This document shows positions 1 to 12,610 of a stretch of 64,000 nt of DNA, in pieces. Position 1 is the stretch's first letter; each line of letters starts with the position of its first letter. The position numbers were made by a program, and so were the translations under genes. The notes under the pieces are model-generated. The model searched no databases. It saw nothing but the letters and a program-made list of their open reading frames with translations, and had not been told where the DNA came from. This DNA comes from Camelus dromedarius (lineage: Eukaryota), in the NCBI RefSeq assembly GCF_036321535.1, contig NC_087436.1, positions 58,902,001 through 58,966,000 on the forward strand, written 5' to 3'.

Positions 1-215
1 TGTCCTATCTAAATACCACTTCCCTCCAGCATCCTCTTAATATTTATTGCCTTCTCATATTAAGTTGCATATTGGGGTTGGTATTTTATTTATCACTGTT
101 CCTTTCTTCTCAATTCACAATGTAAGATTTTTAAAGGCAGAGATTTTATCTTTTAACTGTTGTGTCCCTAGTGTTTAGAACATACAGTAGACATTTAGTA
201 AATATTTGTTGAATA
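1..215 (+). mobile_element. L2 LINE 3' end fragment (ancient)
   Basis: Typical L2 3' terminus motifs: tgtaagattttt-aaaggcagaga, tgtgtccctagtgtttagaacat, ending agtaaatatttgttgaataaat. Confidence 0.65.
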
Positions 216-2561
216 AATTATCTTATTTTCTCTCATGGTGATGTAACATGTAAATATGACTTACTCCTTTGTTATCTGTGGTGAAGAGCTAGTTAGAAGC
301 AAAGAAATTGAAAGAGAATAACTGTAAAATTGTTTCAGAGTCTCCATGCTATCTATTCTGTTTGGCAAGATTCTTCCAAGTTTCCATATAAGAAGAGGAA
401 GGAGATAGTTCTGTCAATCATTTAGAGAGGGAGATTATGCAGGATGTCACACAGGCAAACCAATATTCATCCAACCTAATGCACTCAACTAAGTAGGTTT
501 TGTTACTGTTTTGAGGGATTGGCCTTAGGGATTTTCTCCTTATATCCCATACGCTCAATCTTGAGTGTAAAAAGGCCTAAGTGTGAGAATCAATGAGAGC
601 AAGTAAGGAAAAAGAACAGAGCCTTTCTAATAAAGAATTTGATTTCGAAATTATTCAGATATCTATACACCACTCAAACATTTAGATAAATATTAAGGAT
701 ACAAAGAGCAACCAACAGCTTGTTTCTATTCAGTGATACAAATGAACAGTCCTGTTTCAAATAGATCTCATTTATTCTTAATGTTTTATTTAATGTATAA
801 AGAATCATTTGGAAATATTGCAAGATTAAAACAACTTAAAAATACTTTAAACCCAGTATCCAAAATAGTAGAAATTTTCTTTGTTTACATAATTATACAA
901 AAATATTATTAATGTTTTTCTCTGTGGTAAATTGAAACAGGAGGTGAGGAGAAATAGATATACCTCATTAGTATTTAGAAGCAGTAAGAATAAAGTCAGT
1001 TATACAGTTGGACAAGTATTTATCTGATTTGATTTTCCTTTCCTTCTGATGCATATGTACTGTATCAGTTATAGTATGAAAAGGAAATTGTACCTATGTT
1101 TTATTTTCCCCTGGTGATTAAACTGGTTCCTGATCTAACATTCTTGTCACCTTACTTACCAATGCATAGTAAGGTCCTTACAACGTTTTTAAGCTGTTAA
1201 CATGCAAATAGTTTTCTCCTAAAGAAAAAAATTGATGTGTCTTTTCTTAGTGAAATGCTTATACTTTTGCAAATGTCAAAATCTAGAAGAAACTCATAAA
1301 CTATTACAGTGATGTATAAACGAAGATAAATATTTTCCCTCATTTTGGCGATTACAACAGCAGTTTTTGTTTTTGTTTTTGTTTTTGATTTTTTAAAATT
1401 TTTTAATTTAAAATGATCACTTCAAATTTATTATAAAAATTTGCTTCATTGTTTTATAAAATTATCTAAGTGAACATTTAGTGTAGCTTATGCTGTATTA
1501 TGTAGAAATATCTTGCCATTATTAGACATTCTCTTTGTATCCTAAGTAAAATGTTGATAGGAAACAATCTGAAAAATTTGATGAAACCAGATTGATTGAT
1601 TTGTCACATAATGTTGAAATGTATCTGAGTGACAGTTATAGAGAATGAGATATTTTAATTTTTATTTTCCTTTTCCTTTTGAGGCAGGAAAAGCATGGTC
1701 ATAATGTGTATGTATGTTCTTTGGTCTACTCTGGGGTTCAATTCGAAGAGGAAATATTTACCAAGGACATTTAAATGGATACACTCTCCACCTATCTCTA
1801 TGTTTGTTTTAAATTGTTTTTAAAAGTAGGTCCTCAATTATGGATGCTGGTACATAAATATCTCAATATAGTCATTGATACTTCCTCAGGCCTTCCCACT
1901 AGTGACCCATGTAAGTTAGGAAAAGGGACATAATTTTAAGGATTGATTTTCAGAAAGAGGGGACAAAAACCCCACAGACGTATGTGGTATCTCAGAAGAT
2001 CAAGTTAAAATGGAATGAAAGTAGCACACACTTTTCTTTCTGGGACAGTCCAGCAAATTGGGAAGTCAGATTCAATTATGTGGTGTGACTTGCTTCTTGG
2101 AACAATGTTGCCTGCTTCTTTTGTGTTATAGTAATTTCTGATAATTGGAGGTATAGAACAACATACTAATATCATATCTGACACATAATTTGTGCCCCCA
2201 AATAACTTGTTAAATCTATTGCTGAATCTGGGTCTTTATTTGTCATATGTTAAGAAAAAACAAGCTTACTTCATCTTCTATTTGTAGAGGATTCAATTTC
2301 TTTCAACAGCTGTGAAATGCAAAATTTCTATGATTGCTGTCTGGGGAATTTTGATCAATTTCATATAGGAATGTCTCTGTATAGCAGAATACTCAAAGAA
2401 AAATTCAGATTCTAAATTCAGAATAGTTATATCAATAAAAATTACATAATTATATTGTATATTCATTTGAACAATATAAAACAAGTTTCTAAGGTTGGAC
2501 CTGTAATGAAAGTTACATGTTCCATACACTTGAAAAATAGTGAAAAATAAAAATTTGGGAA

Positions 2562-2810
2562 CAATATCTCCTGAAGTGTATTCCACAGAATTAATAACTG
2601 AGACCCACCACAAAAAACCTCTTTGGCTGAGTAAATTTCAACAGTCCTGGGTTAAATAAAGTTAAGTAGTTGGCTTTACTATATGACCTTTCCAAGTTGT
2701 AAATATGTTAATATATATTTGAGTATACAACAGGGTGTTATAAGCAATAAGCAGAATGTTTAGGATATATCTCTTCAAAAATTAATTTTTAGATGCAAAT
2801 CTATAATTCT
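2562..2810. mobile_element. hAT-Charlie MITE remnant (MER103C-like)
   Basis: ctcctgaagtgtattccacagaa and ctgggttaaataaagttaag...ctttacta resemble the MER103C consensus as recalled. Confidence 0.5.
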
Positions 2811-3664
2811 GGTGTTTTAAATTAAAAAAGGCTTTTCATCTCCCTATTCTGAAACTGCTTTCAGTCACTAGTCAGGTGAAGTGTTACCTATAGCATGATG
2901 CTTGCTATCTGGTTGATGTGTAGGGTATGGCTATGTATCAGAGATTTATCATCTGATAAATATATATCTCTGGTATATATATCAGAGATTTTGAATGACA
3001 TTTACAGTCAGTTCCGAGATTTTGGACTAGGCTTTCTTGACACTATCTTAAGATTGTCAATATACAACTCTGTCCATTTACTCATAAGTGAGTCACTGTA
3101 CAAGTGACATTTTGACATTTAATAGGTTAGGCTCTGCTTATTCTTATTATGTGAAAAATATCTTTTTATTTTTAATACATACCTATAAGCTATAGAAAAC
3201 TTTCTGCTCATCTTGATTATTTTTGAAAAAGTTGAGTGTTCTCTATTCAATGTATTACTCCATTTACTAAAAATCTTACATAGAAACAAAATCAGAAATT
3301 GTCTCTAAAGAATTTTATCCTACGTTATCCACCAGACTTGGAATAAATAAGTTATTTTTGGAACATGTTCAGGTACTTCCTCTTAGATGGCTATCTATCA
3401 GAAGATAAACACAGGCTGTTTTCCCAATTATGTTATGAGTTTGCACATATTTGCAAGAGGAGTTTGAAATCTTATTAAAGGCAAGTACATGTGTCTATGA
3501 ATCTCAACAGTTATCTTTGTACCATAAAGAAAAGAGTTTTGTTCTGACAGAACACATTTTTCACAAGACCATGTTAACTTAAAGTTTCCTCACTGTTAGA
3601 TTTCTCGGTGGGAAAATGAGGCTAATAGGAATTGAACATGCTTTTCCACTTTATAAAACATACT

Positions 3665-4390
3665 GCGGGATGCTTCCAATTTCTGATTTAACATGTAAGG
3701 AACTTGGAAGTCATCTCTCTTAGCCTTACAACAAGAAACAAAAAATAAGCCAACTGAAAATCAGCAACTCTTTTAAGATTCACCAGAAAATTGAAGACAC
3801 AGGGCAGGCCACACCCCCAACCCCCAACCCCCAAATTGGAGAGATAGGAAAACACAGAGAATCACAGGTTACAGGGAGCAGACGTCAAACCAAAGATTCA
3901 GGAACCTCAAAGAAGAAGCAGGATAAATACTGCCCCGACTCACACCAAAAAAAAAAAAAAAAAAAGGAAAGAAAAGAAAAGGAAACCTAGGCATATCATA
4001 TCCAAATTGCAAAAAAAAAAAAAGACTAAGAAAAAATCTTAAAAGACACTAGATTATGGTGAAACCTGATGAAAAATGATAAGAATTATGTAAGACTTCT
4101 TTTCGGAATCCATGCAAGCAAGAAGAGAGTAAATATTTAATTTTGAAAGAAAAGACCTGAAACCAAGAATTCTATATGTAGTGAAATTATCATTCAAAAA
4201 ATAAAGAAGAAATAATGACTTTCAGAAAACAAAAATTGAGGGATTTTATGGACAGTAAACATGGCTTGCAAGAAGTGTTAAAAAGAAGTTCTTCAGAAAG
4301 AAGATGACATAGGTGAGAACTTGGATTGATATAAAGAAAAGAAGAATATCAGAGAAGGAATAAGTGAAATAAAACTAAGTTGCTATAAGG
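3665..4390 (+). mobile_element. Old L1M element: 5'UTR start joined to the 3' part of ORF1
   Basis: 5'UTR-like start (cttccaatttctgatttaacatgtaaggaacttggaagtc), then ORF1 motifs aaacctaggcatatcata, aaaccaagaattctatat, gaaattatcattcaaaa and cttgcaagaagtgttaaaa; interrupted by A-runs. Confidence 0.65.
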
Positions 4391-5129
4391 TATTTCAAGT
4401 CCACCATGATAGAATTATATACAGTTATATCTTCAAATTCCAAGTCCTCATTACAAAAGTATTAAAAGAAATAGAAAAGGACACTAAACAATAGAACAAA
4501 GGGAAACAGGGGCACCATTAGCAAGAAAGAAATTTTAACAGATTTTTAGAGAACAGACAACAAATGAAGGGTTTTCTGTTCTTGCTGAGGATCTGCAGTC
4601 AAATGAGCAATTTCTTTGACTGCAGCAAGCTAGAGGAGGCTGGAACCTGGGCTGTGCATAGAAGAAGCTATAGCTAAGAAGTTGCAATTTTCCCTGCAAT
4701 CCCTCAGAGAGTAGCTCTTGGAAGCCCTAAGGCTGATGGAAAGCAGGAATGATCCAATGGGTTTGTTCAGACTTACGAGATAAATCGATTCTTTCAATTC
4801 TTCTTTCACATCTGTGTGAACAGTATGCCTAGGAGCTAGCATCTAAACTTAGCAGGCTAAAAAACCCTCTAAAGAAATTGCATAAAGAACCCTAGAGGTA
4901 GAGGCTAGTTTGTGAATTCTTAACCCCTCAGGGCAAATACCTCCACGTGTTCAGTCTCCCAACACAGTGATTGCCAGTTGATCATCACCCACCGCAGCTG
5001 TAAGGACCACTCGTTGACACATCTCCTCTCCTACATACTCATAGACCCCTATAAGAACTCTCTTAATATAATTTAAATATAAATGAAAAGTTAAGGATGG
5101 TCTTAATAACCTTAGAATTTAGATATAAC

Positions 5130-5490
5130 TATCTATCAAAAATACACACTTTCCAGACACATCTGATTGCCTTGAGCAGCCATGTGATTAAGTTCAGGCC
5201 AATGAAACATGAGGTGTAGTGCAACTTTCATATTATGCTCCTAAAGATCGTGCATGTGGCCTTTACTTTTGTTTTCTCAATTCCCAGCTGATTAAAATAT
5301 TTTGCTAAGGAATCTCCTTGGATATGTAAACAAAAACAACATCTTAAGGATAATGGTACAAGATAGAAGAGTAGGTCTCTGTAGTGCTTTCATTTGTGCT
5401 GTTGTGCTAGAAATAGATAAATACATAACTTAAAAAGCCACTTTCAGTTTTTTATTGTTATATGACTTGTAATTATGCACAAACATATGC
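5130..5490 (+). mobile_element. MaLR LTR (MLT1J-like), probable 5' LTR
   Basis: cacactttccag...gccatgtgattaagttcaggccaatgaaa core, followed directly by a MaLR internal start. Confidence 0.6.
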
Positions 5491-6800
5491 AGAATTTGGT
5501 TCCAGAAGTAGGGTTGCTGTTACAAGTCTCAAATACCAATCATCAGCTTAGTGTTTGTGTGGCAGGTCTCAAGCATACAGCTATGGCAGGTCAGAATTCA
5601 GTTACTTTTGTTGTACAAAATAAAACATTTGTTACCAGCCTTGTCCAATAGAACTTTCTGTGATACTGGAGATTTCAGAAGTCAGAACACAAAAGAAGAG
5701 TCTGTGGTTTGAGGGGATACAATAGGAAAAAAAAATCAGAATACTGAAAAGTGTTTTCTTAGTAACATTTGTTGCAAGGTTCTGTTACAGAGGTAACATC
5801 AGAAAACTTATAAGGAGTTTCAAAGAAGAGATATCAGAGAATAGAATTTCCATAAGGAAGATTGTTTTGGTCCTGGCCTATGATCTTTTTTTAATCAAAA
5901 TTCTGATAATTTCAACCCTGGCAAGCTTGAAAAACCCAACTGCTTTTGTATACCAAACTGAAGTAGTGATAAGAGGTGACCCTGAAAAAGCAACCTTGGA
6001 AGCAGGGAAGTCTGTGGTCTCACATGCTTAAACAGCTATCTTCGAGTTATTTCGTAGGCAGTGGGCAGCAGCTCAACAGCAGAATTCAGATGGAGGTTAT
6101 TTCTGTTTCTCCTAAGCCTTTGTTTCAGATAGCCTCAAGGTAGACTCCATGAAGGAATGTGGAGTAGGAAATACACAGAACACAGAGTAAGATAACTTTT
6201 CAGGATTAGAAATATATCTAGAATCTAACCTTGCCTGTCTCCTCATTCATGGTACTGTATGGAAGTAAATAGACACAAAGCCTACTGTGTTTTCAAGGGA
6301 TTGTATTACCAACCAAATCTATATGCCTAGCCTGCAAAAGCCTCTACTTGTTTGACACTCAAGATCACTCCCAGGTCCCAGAAACTGTACCAACGTGAAA
6401 TAGGTTGTGAAATAATTTAAACCCTCAAGGAGGGCATACCTTCTTTTGGTCAATTCAGTTGTGGAGATAGAGAATAATAAATGAGGAAGAAGCTCCCAGT
6501 AGGCAGAGTCAGGGACAATGAGGCTGATAGACAGAGGAGTCATTTACAGAGAATAGAACCAAAGGCTGTGATACAGACCAACCCAGGAATGCTCTCTACT
6601 GTAGTGTGGGGCAGCAGGGGGTTTTGCTGCTCATCCAGCCCTAAGTGATAGGTGCTTTGGATAACTAGCAGCTATGTGTTCTCCATTATTCTCTATTCCA
6701 TATGGGAGTTTTTCTTATAGCTATCCTATCTCAATTTTAATATTGTATGTTGGATAAAGGGTAGGGAGAGAGAAAAAAAGCTTTAAAATTTTTAGGTTGC
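5491..6800 (+). mobile_element. MaLR internal region (MLT1-int), degenerate
   Basis: Starts agaatttggttccagaagtagggttgctgttacaa, like the MLT-int start agattttggtaccaggagtggggtgctgct; ends with ttgtatgttgga...gggtagggagag. A short MER3/MER33-like piece lies at about 5636-5680. Confidence 0.55.
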
Positions 6801-7140
6801 CAGAACGCAGACAAATGTGTTTATGCTTCCAGTTGCTCAGATCAAAATCCTTAGAGTCACCCATGACATCCTACTGCCTCTACCTTCAAAATACACAAAG
6901 TCCTCGCTTGTGCTCACATATACTGATCCAGCACTGACCTGGGCCAAGTTTATCTCTTGACTGGATCACTGCACTAACCTTATAAGGAATCTTTTCTATG
7001 TACTCTCTGTAGTCCCTTCTTAGTGAACCAGCCAAAGAGATCATTTTAACTATAAGAAAGCTAAGATAACGTCACTCTCTGCTCACATCTCCTCAGTGGT
7101 TGCCTACCCACTTAGATCACATTAAAAGTCAAAGCTCTTT

Positions 7141-8706
7141 TTTTTTTTTTTTTGTATTATATATATTTATTGAAGTATAGTCAGTTTACGATGTTGTGTC
7201 AATTTCTAGTGTACAGTATAATGCTTCAGTCATACATTAACATACATATATTCATTTTCATATTCTTTTTCACCATTGAAATATATTTCATTATTGAATA
7301 TAGTTTCACCATTTTCACTATTGAGTATGTATAGTTCACTGTGCTATACAGTGTGACTTGTTGCTTATCTATTTTATATATATTTTTTAGTATCTGCAAA
7401 TCTTGAACTCCCAGTTTATCCTTTCCCAGCCGCTTACCCCCAGTAGCATAAGTTTGTTTTCTATGTCTATGAGTCTGTTTCTGTTTTGTAAATAAGTTTG
7501 TTTGTTTGTTTGTTTTAGATTCCATATGTAAGTGATATCGTATGGTATTTTTCTTTCTCTTTCTGGCTTACTTCACTTAAAATGACAATCTTGAGGTCCA
7601 TCCAGTTGCTGCAAATGGCATTATTTTATTCTTTTTTCTGGCTGAGTAGTATTCCATTTTATAAATATACCACAGCTTCTTTATCCAGTCATCTGTTGAT
7701 GGACATTTAGGCTGTTTCCATGTCTTGGCTATTGGGTGCATGTATCTTTTTACATTAAGGTTCCCTCTTGATATATGCCTAGGAGTGAGGTTGCTGGATC
7801 ATATGGTAAGTCTATTTTCAGTCTTTTGAGGAATCTCCATACTGTTTTCCATAAGGGCTGCACCAAACTACATTCCCACCAACAGTGTAGGAGGGTTTCC
7901 TTTTCTCCACACTCTCTCTAGCATTTATTGTTTGTAGACTTTTGAATGATGGCCATTCTGACTGGTGTGAGGTGATACCTCATTGTAGTTTTGATTTGCA
8001 TTTCTCTGATAATTCACGATCCTGAGCATTTTGTCATGTGCCTTTTAGCCATTTATATGTTTTCATTGGAGAATTGCTTGTTTAGGTCTTCTGCCCATTT
8101 TTGGATTGGGTTGTTTGTTTTTTTCTTATTAATTTGTATGAGCTATTTATATATACTGGAAATTAAGCCCTTGTCAGTCTCATCTTTTGCAAATATTTTC
8201 TCCCATTCCGTAGGTTGTGTTTTTGTTTTGCTTATGGTTTATCCCATGCTGTTTTGATTACTGTAGCTCTGTAGTATTGTCTGGAGTCTGGGAGGGTTAT
8301 TCCTCTAGCTTCATTCTTTTTCTTCAGTATTGCTTTGGCAATTCTGGGTCTTTTGTGATTCCATATAAATTTTAGGATTATTTGTTCTAATTTTGTGAAA
8401 AATGTCCTGGATAGTTTAATAGGGATCATATTAAATCTGTAGATTGCCTTGGGTAGTATGGCCATTTTAACAATATTAATTCTTCCAATCCAAGAACATG
8501 GGATATCTTTCCATTTCTTTAAGTTATCTTTAATTTCTTTAGTCAGTGTTTTATAGTTCTCCGCATATAAGTCTTTCACTTCCTTGGTCAGATTTATCTT
8601 GAAGTATTTTATTTTTTTGGATGCAATTTTAAAAGGGATTGCTTCTTTACTTTCCTTTTCTGATATTTCATTGTTAGTGTTAAGAAGTGCAACTGATTTC
8701 TGCATG
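7141..8706 (-). mobile_element. 5'-truncated relatively young L1 (ORF2 C-terminal part, 3'UTR, polyA) with TSD
   Basis: PolyT at 7138-7153; ORF 8232..8771(-) encodes L1 ORF2 ([26 protein letters not shown]...[15 protein letters not shown]); flanking repeats caaagctcttt (7130-7140) and caaagcccttt (8707-8717). Confidence 0.95.
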
Positions 8707-8985
8707 CAAAGCCCTTTCAAACATTGACAAGGCCCTACATGATCTGATCTCTGTTTTCTCTTTGACTTCATCTCCTATACCACTCTCTTTTATTTACTTG
8801 GCATCAGCCATGCTGGTCTGTTTACTATTCCTAAAAAATACTCGATCCTTAATTTTTAGCAAAGACTCTTTCCTTTCCTGGGGCTCTCATCTCCCACACA
8901 TCCAGATAGTGCAAATGTCATTGTGTTATCTGTCTTTTCCTAACCATCATATTGAAATCCCAAATCATACCTTTCTTGAATTCTA

Positions 8986-9172
8986 CCAATATGCTGGAAT
9001 CAACTTGCACTGGCTCACGATAGTTGATTGTTAATATTTTAGAAATTTTGGAAAATGGTTGACATAACATTGGTAGCTAAAAACTGCTTGTGATGGGAGT
9101 ATTTACTCCATGGAGAATGGAAAACACTACAAATGAGGACGTTTTTTCAGAGCATTTACCTGCACACTACTA
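8986..9172 (+). mobile_element. hAT-Blackjack MITE (MER63A-like)
   Basis: atgctggaatcaacttgcactggctcacgatagttgattgttaa...cattggtagct...gggagtatttactccatgga...tttacctgcacactac follows the MER63A consensus as recalled. Confidence 0.7.
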
Positions 9173-9399
9173 CCAATCCAATTTACTTCCTCTATTTTTT
9201 TATAGTACTTATAATTTTCTAAGGTACAACTTAATAAACATAATTTTGTTTATTTGTTTCTCTCTCCATTAGAATATAAAAACAAGAATAGTCACTTTAA
9301 TTTTGTTCATTGATATATCTGTAATATATCTCTACTTTTGAAAAGTGCTGATACCTGAAAGCCACTCAATAATGCTTGTGGAATAATGAGCCACTAGCA

Positions 9400-9810
9400 A
9401 TGTAAACTCTTTGGTTGCAGTCAGGAACAAGTACACCTGAAAGAAAGACTATATTTCCCAGATTCCTGTGAAGCAAATCATGGTCAGTAACTGTCTTCTG
9501 GCTAATAGAATGTAGCCTGAAGTGAGGTGTTCAACTCATGTAATCAACTTTTAAAGGGTAGGAATGAGCCTTCAAACAATTTAAAGTACAGATATAGTCA
9601 TGTACCCTCTGGACCATTTGTAAGAAGCAGTGCTCTATGGAAGTATTTGAGAACATAAAGTGGTCCTAGATCCCTGATGCAGAGGTGATGCAATAATAGC
9701 CCTGGACTGATCGTGCTTAAATTGTTATTTAAGAGGTAAATAAAACTGTCTTGTTTGAGTCAGTGCTTGACATTATTTTTTAACCTTATTGCAGTTAGAA
9801 AATGCTATTT
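9400..9810 (+). mobile_element. MaLR LTR (MLT1J-like), possible 3' LTR partner of 5130-5490
   Basis: gactatatttcccag...ttctggctaatagaatgtagcctgaagtga...ttaaagggtagg...aaataaaactgtcttgtttgagtcagtg; shares its core with the 5130 LTR. Confidence 0.6.
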
Positions 9811-10059
9811 GTATAGGACACTGAACAAACAGATGAGGTAGCAAGCTCATTGGTTCCTATTACCAGTGACATATGTGTCCCTGACACAGCTATTATGATG
9901 CTCTGTTTTCTACCAATGTTATTTGGTTTTCATTACAGTATTGCTAGACCTGTATCTTTATTAATATAGATAGTCATCTATATTGTTGAATAATTTATTT
10001 GCTTAAAATAAATGAATTGCTACTGCTCCCTTTGTTTTTGCATAACAACATTGGATTAT

Positions 10060-10420
10060 AAGTTAGAAGATTTAGATACCAGCTCTCTTCCATATTAGGC
10101 TGTTTATACTTGCTGATTCCTCATTCTGTAAAGCAGAATTATTTCATTCTCTCTTTCCCAGTTAATTTCTACCCATTCCTCAGGATAAAGTTCAAATATC
10201 ACTTCCTTAAGAAAGGCTTCCCTGAACTCTCAGGCAAGATCAGTTTCCCCCAAATATATATACTTTAGAGCTTTTTTGGTCATATTGTTTAAAAAAGCTT
10301 TGTTTATTTGTGTCATTGGTGAGTGTGTTTATACTATAGGGGATGAAAGGGAATATGTATGCTTTGCTTACTCTCTGGTACCTGGAAAACATTCAGTTAA
10401 CATTTATCAAAGAAGGAATA
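10060..10420 (+). mobile_element. MIR fragment followed by L2 3' fragment
   Basis: agttagaagatttagat...tcctcattctgtaaa (MIR core); caaatatcacttccttaagaaaggcttccctga...cattcagttaacatttatcaaag (L2). Confidence 0.5.
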
Positions 10421-11159
10421 AGCAAAATGACCTAATATTCTTGAAACTGATGTTGTTCATTACAAAATGACACAATAAATTAGCAACATGCTATACTAAG
10501 CTTAAAGTATTCAATGAACATTAACTGAGTCAACAGTTGTTACGGCATTTAATAATGATATAATACTATATAAATGTAAATATATGTGTATATATATATA
10601 ATTAAGTAACATAACTGCGAATTATGTTACACATTATACATTATTAAGGAATATAAACCTTGCATGTTTTTATTTCATTAAATGATTTAATTTTGCTCAT
10701 TCATATGCTCATTAGAAATGTTTAACCATTAAAACTAGATGGATTTTTAAAATTTCATTCCTAGTTTTTAAAAAAAAGTGGCTGTATTTTCCTTAATACA
10801 TAATTTTGTTATTTACAGTTAAAGCAGGATTTGGGGGCTGATAAAATCTTGAATTAAGATAAGATGGAGTTATTGACCTTTTAAAAGTCTCCAATGAAAA
10901 CATTTAATTTTTGGTAAACAAGATAAACAATTTTAAGAACTAGGGAAAAGCTTTGGAATATAATAATTTCCCCAAACCAGTGTTTTGGAACTAAATATGT
11001 GTGGATCTCATTCCAGATGGTGACCTTTAATTTAAAACTTTCTGGGTTTATGCAATTTGAGCTCCTGAGAATTGCTGTCTACCAGCTGGTAGCAAGGCAC
11101 CATTACAGAGTTAAAGACAACCTAACTTCATTTATCACAGTTCCTAGGACTCATTTATA

Positions 11160-11760
11160 CATATTTTTATCCATTCTGTCAGTCACCAATTATTTCATTA
11201 ATACTTACTTTGTTCCAAGCACTGTACACTACAGTGAATTATACATGTCCTTGTGCTGTCACGTTGCATAGAATCTATTGTGAAGAACATGCGATGAATC
11301 AATAAAATGAAACAAATACATAACAAAAATATGATAACTCCAGAAAGAAGTTAGTTCTGTGAACAAAATTAAATGACACAGAGAGTGATATTGGAGGAAT
11401 ATTTCTGCAAAGATAATGCAAAGGAGGCAGCTGAGTGAAGTTCTGTGTAACGTGCATTTTAGCATTTATTGAACAGTTGTTGATTAGTAAGTGTGTAAAG
11501 GAATATATGCATATAAATTGCACAAGGCAATAATTGTGCAAAGATATAGATAGGCAGAAAAGAGCAAGTTATGTTCATTAAGATACTGCAATTTTTGAAG
11601 TCAGAAAGATTCAAATAACATTGGAATCTCAGCTTCTTCAGTCAAATAGGAATAACAGCTAAATTCAGTCTTGTTGTGAGCCTTGAAAGGTCTTATGTAT
11701 ATAAAGCAGCTAACAGAATAACTTGGATGTCCTAGGACTTGCTTTGAATATACTTTAAAA
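11160..11760 (-). mobile_element. L2 fragment(s), antisense
   Basis: atccattctgtcagtcaccaattatttcattaatacttactttgttccaagcactgtac and gcaaagatatagataggcagaaaagagc are reverse L2 3' motifs. Confidence 0.45.
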
Positions 11761-12220
11761 TCTCTTTTCCTCTTTTTTTCGGGTTTACTGTAGTGGAATA
11801 TCTCGCATGGTACAAATATTGAGTATTTTCCCAAGGGAAAAATGTAAAGAACATAAATTGAATTTGTGATTCCTTGTTTTTTTAATACCTTAAACATTAT
11901 AAATAAATTAGATGTAAGAAACTGTTTCTAAAACTTTGTAAAAATAGTATTGGTTGGGGAGGTGGTTGTTTTTTGTTTACTCAGTCTCCCTGTGTTTTCC
12001 TCTGGGTTCCAAATTTTTGAGTAGCACATTTAAACAATGATACATTGCTTTATTCAATCCATGAGGACAGGGCTGTATAGTTTTAAATTGGTCCCAGTGG
12101 AACTAATAATAGAGTCACTGGGGACCATGTTACCAAAAAACAGAAAAGTAATTCTTTGGCCATTGCTATGATTCTAAGCAACTTGCTCATGTCTAGCATA
12201 CTCAGTAAGAATACTAAAGA

Positions 12221-12252
<32 letters not shown>

Positions 12253-12610
12253 ATATATATATATGCATATATATTATAATCTAATACATTTTCATATATA
12301 TTTAATTTAGTTGTTAAATAATTATTAGTAATAGCATCTAGAGATAGTTTTACAGTATAATTGAATGTCTTCTTATATTAATATTATGAATATTAGTTAT
12401 TTCATTATATACACGGAAAGGAATACTGGGAAGTGTGTGTGTGTATGTGTCTATATATGAAATATAGATAATATAGATAAATAATATAAATAAATAATAT
12501 ATACATGAAAAGAAAGGATAAAGATAAATATATATTAGACCATATATTTGCACACAGATGTAATACAAACACACCAAACACTACTAATTTAGATGTATAA
12601 ATATGCATTT
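12221..12610. repeat. (TA)n microsatellite and AT-rich low-complexity tract
   Basis: Direct reading: atatatatat... at 12221-12275, then ataata/ataaat-rich sequence with a short (GT)n. Confidence 0.85.

Larger units (their letters stand above)
6820..9390 (+). mobile_element. L2 LINE 3' region, split by an L1 and a MER63A-like insertion
   Basis: L2 motifs before the L1 (cttccagttgctcagatcaaaatccttagagtca; tcactctctgctcacatctcctcagtgg) continue after it (acaaggccctacatgatctg) and end at ccactcaataatgcttgtggaataatga. Confidence 0.7.

Noticed and set aside
8232..8771. 179-aa ORF as a protein-coding gene
   Set aside because: It is a truncated L1 ORF2 fragment whose N-terminus runs into flanking L2 sequence.
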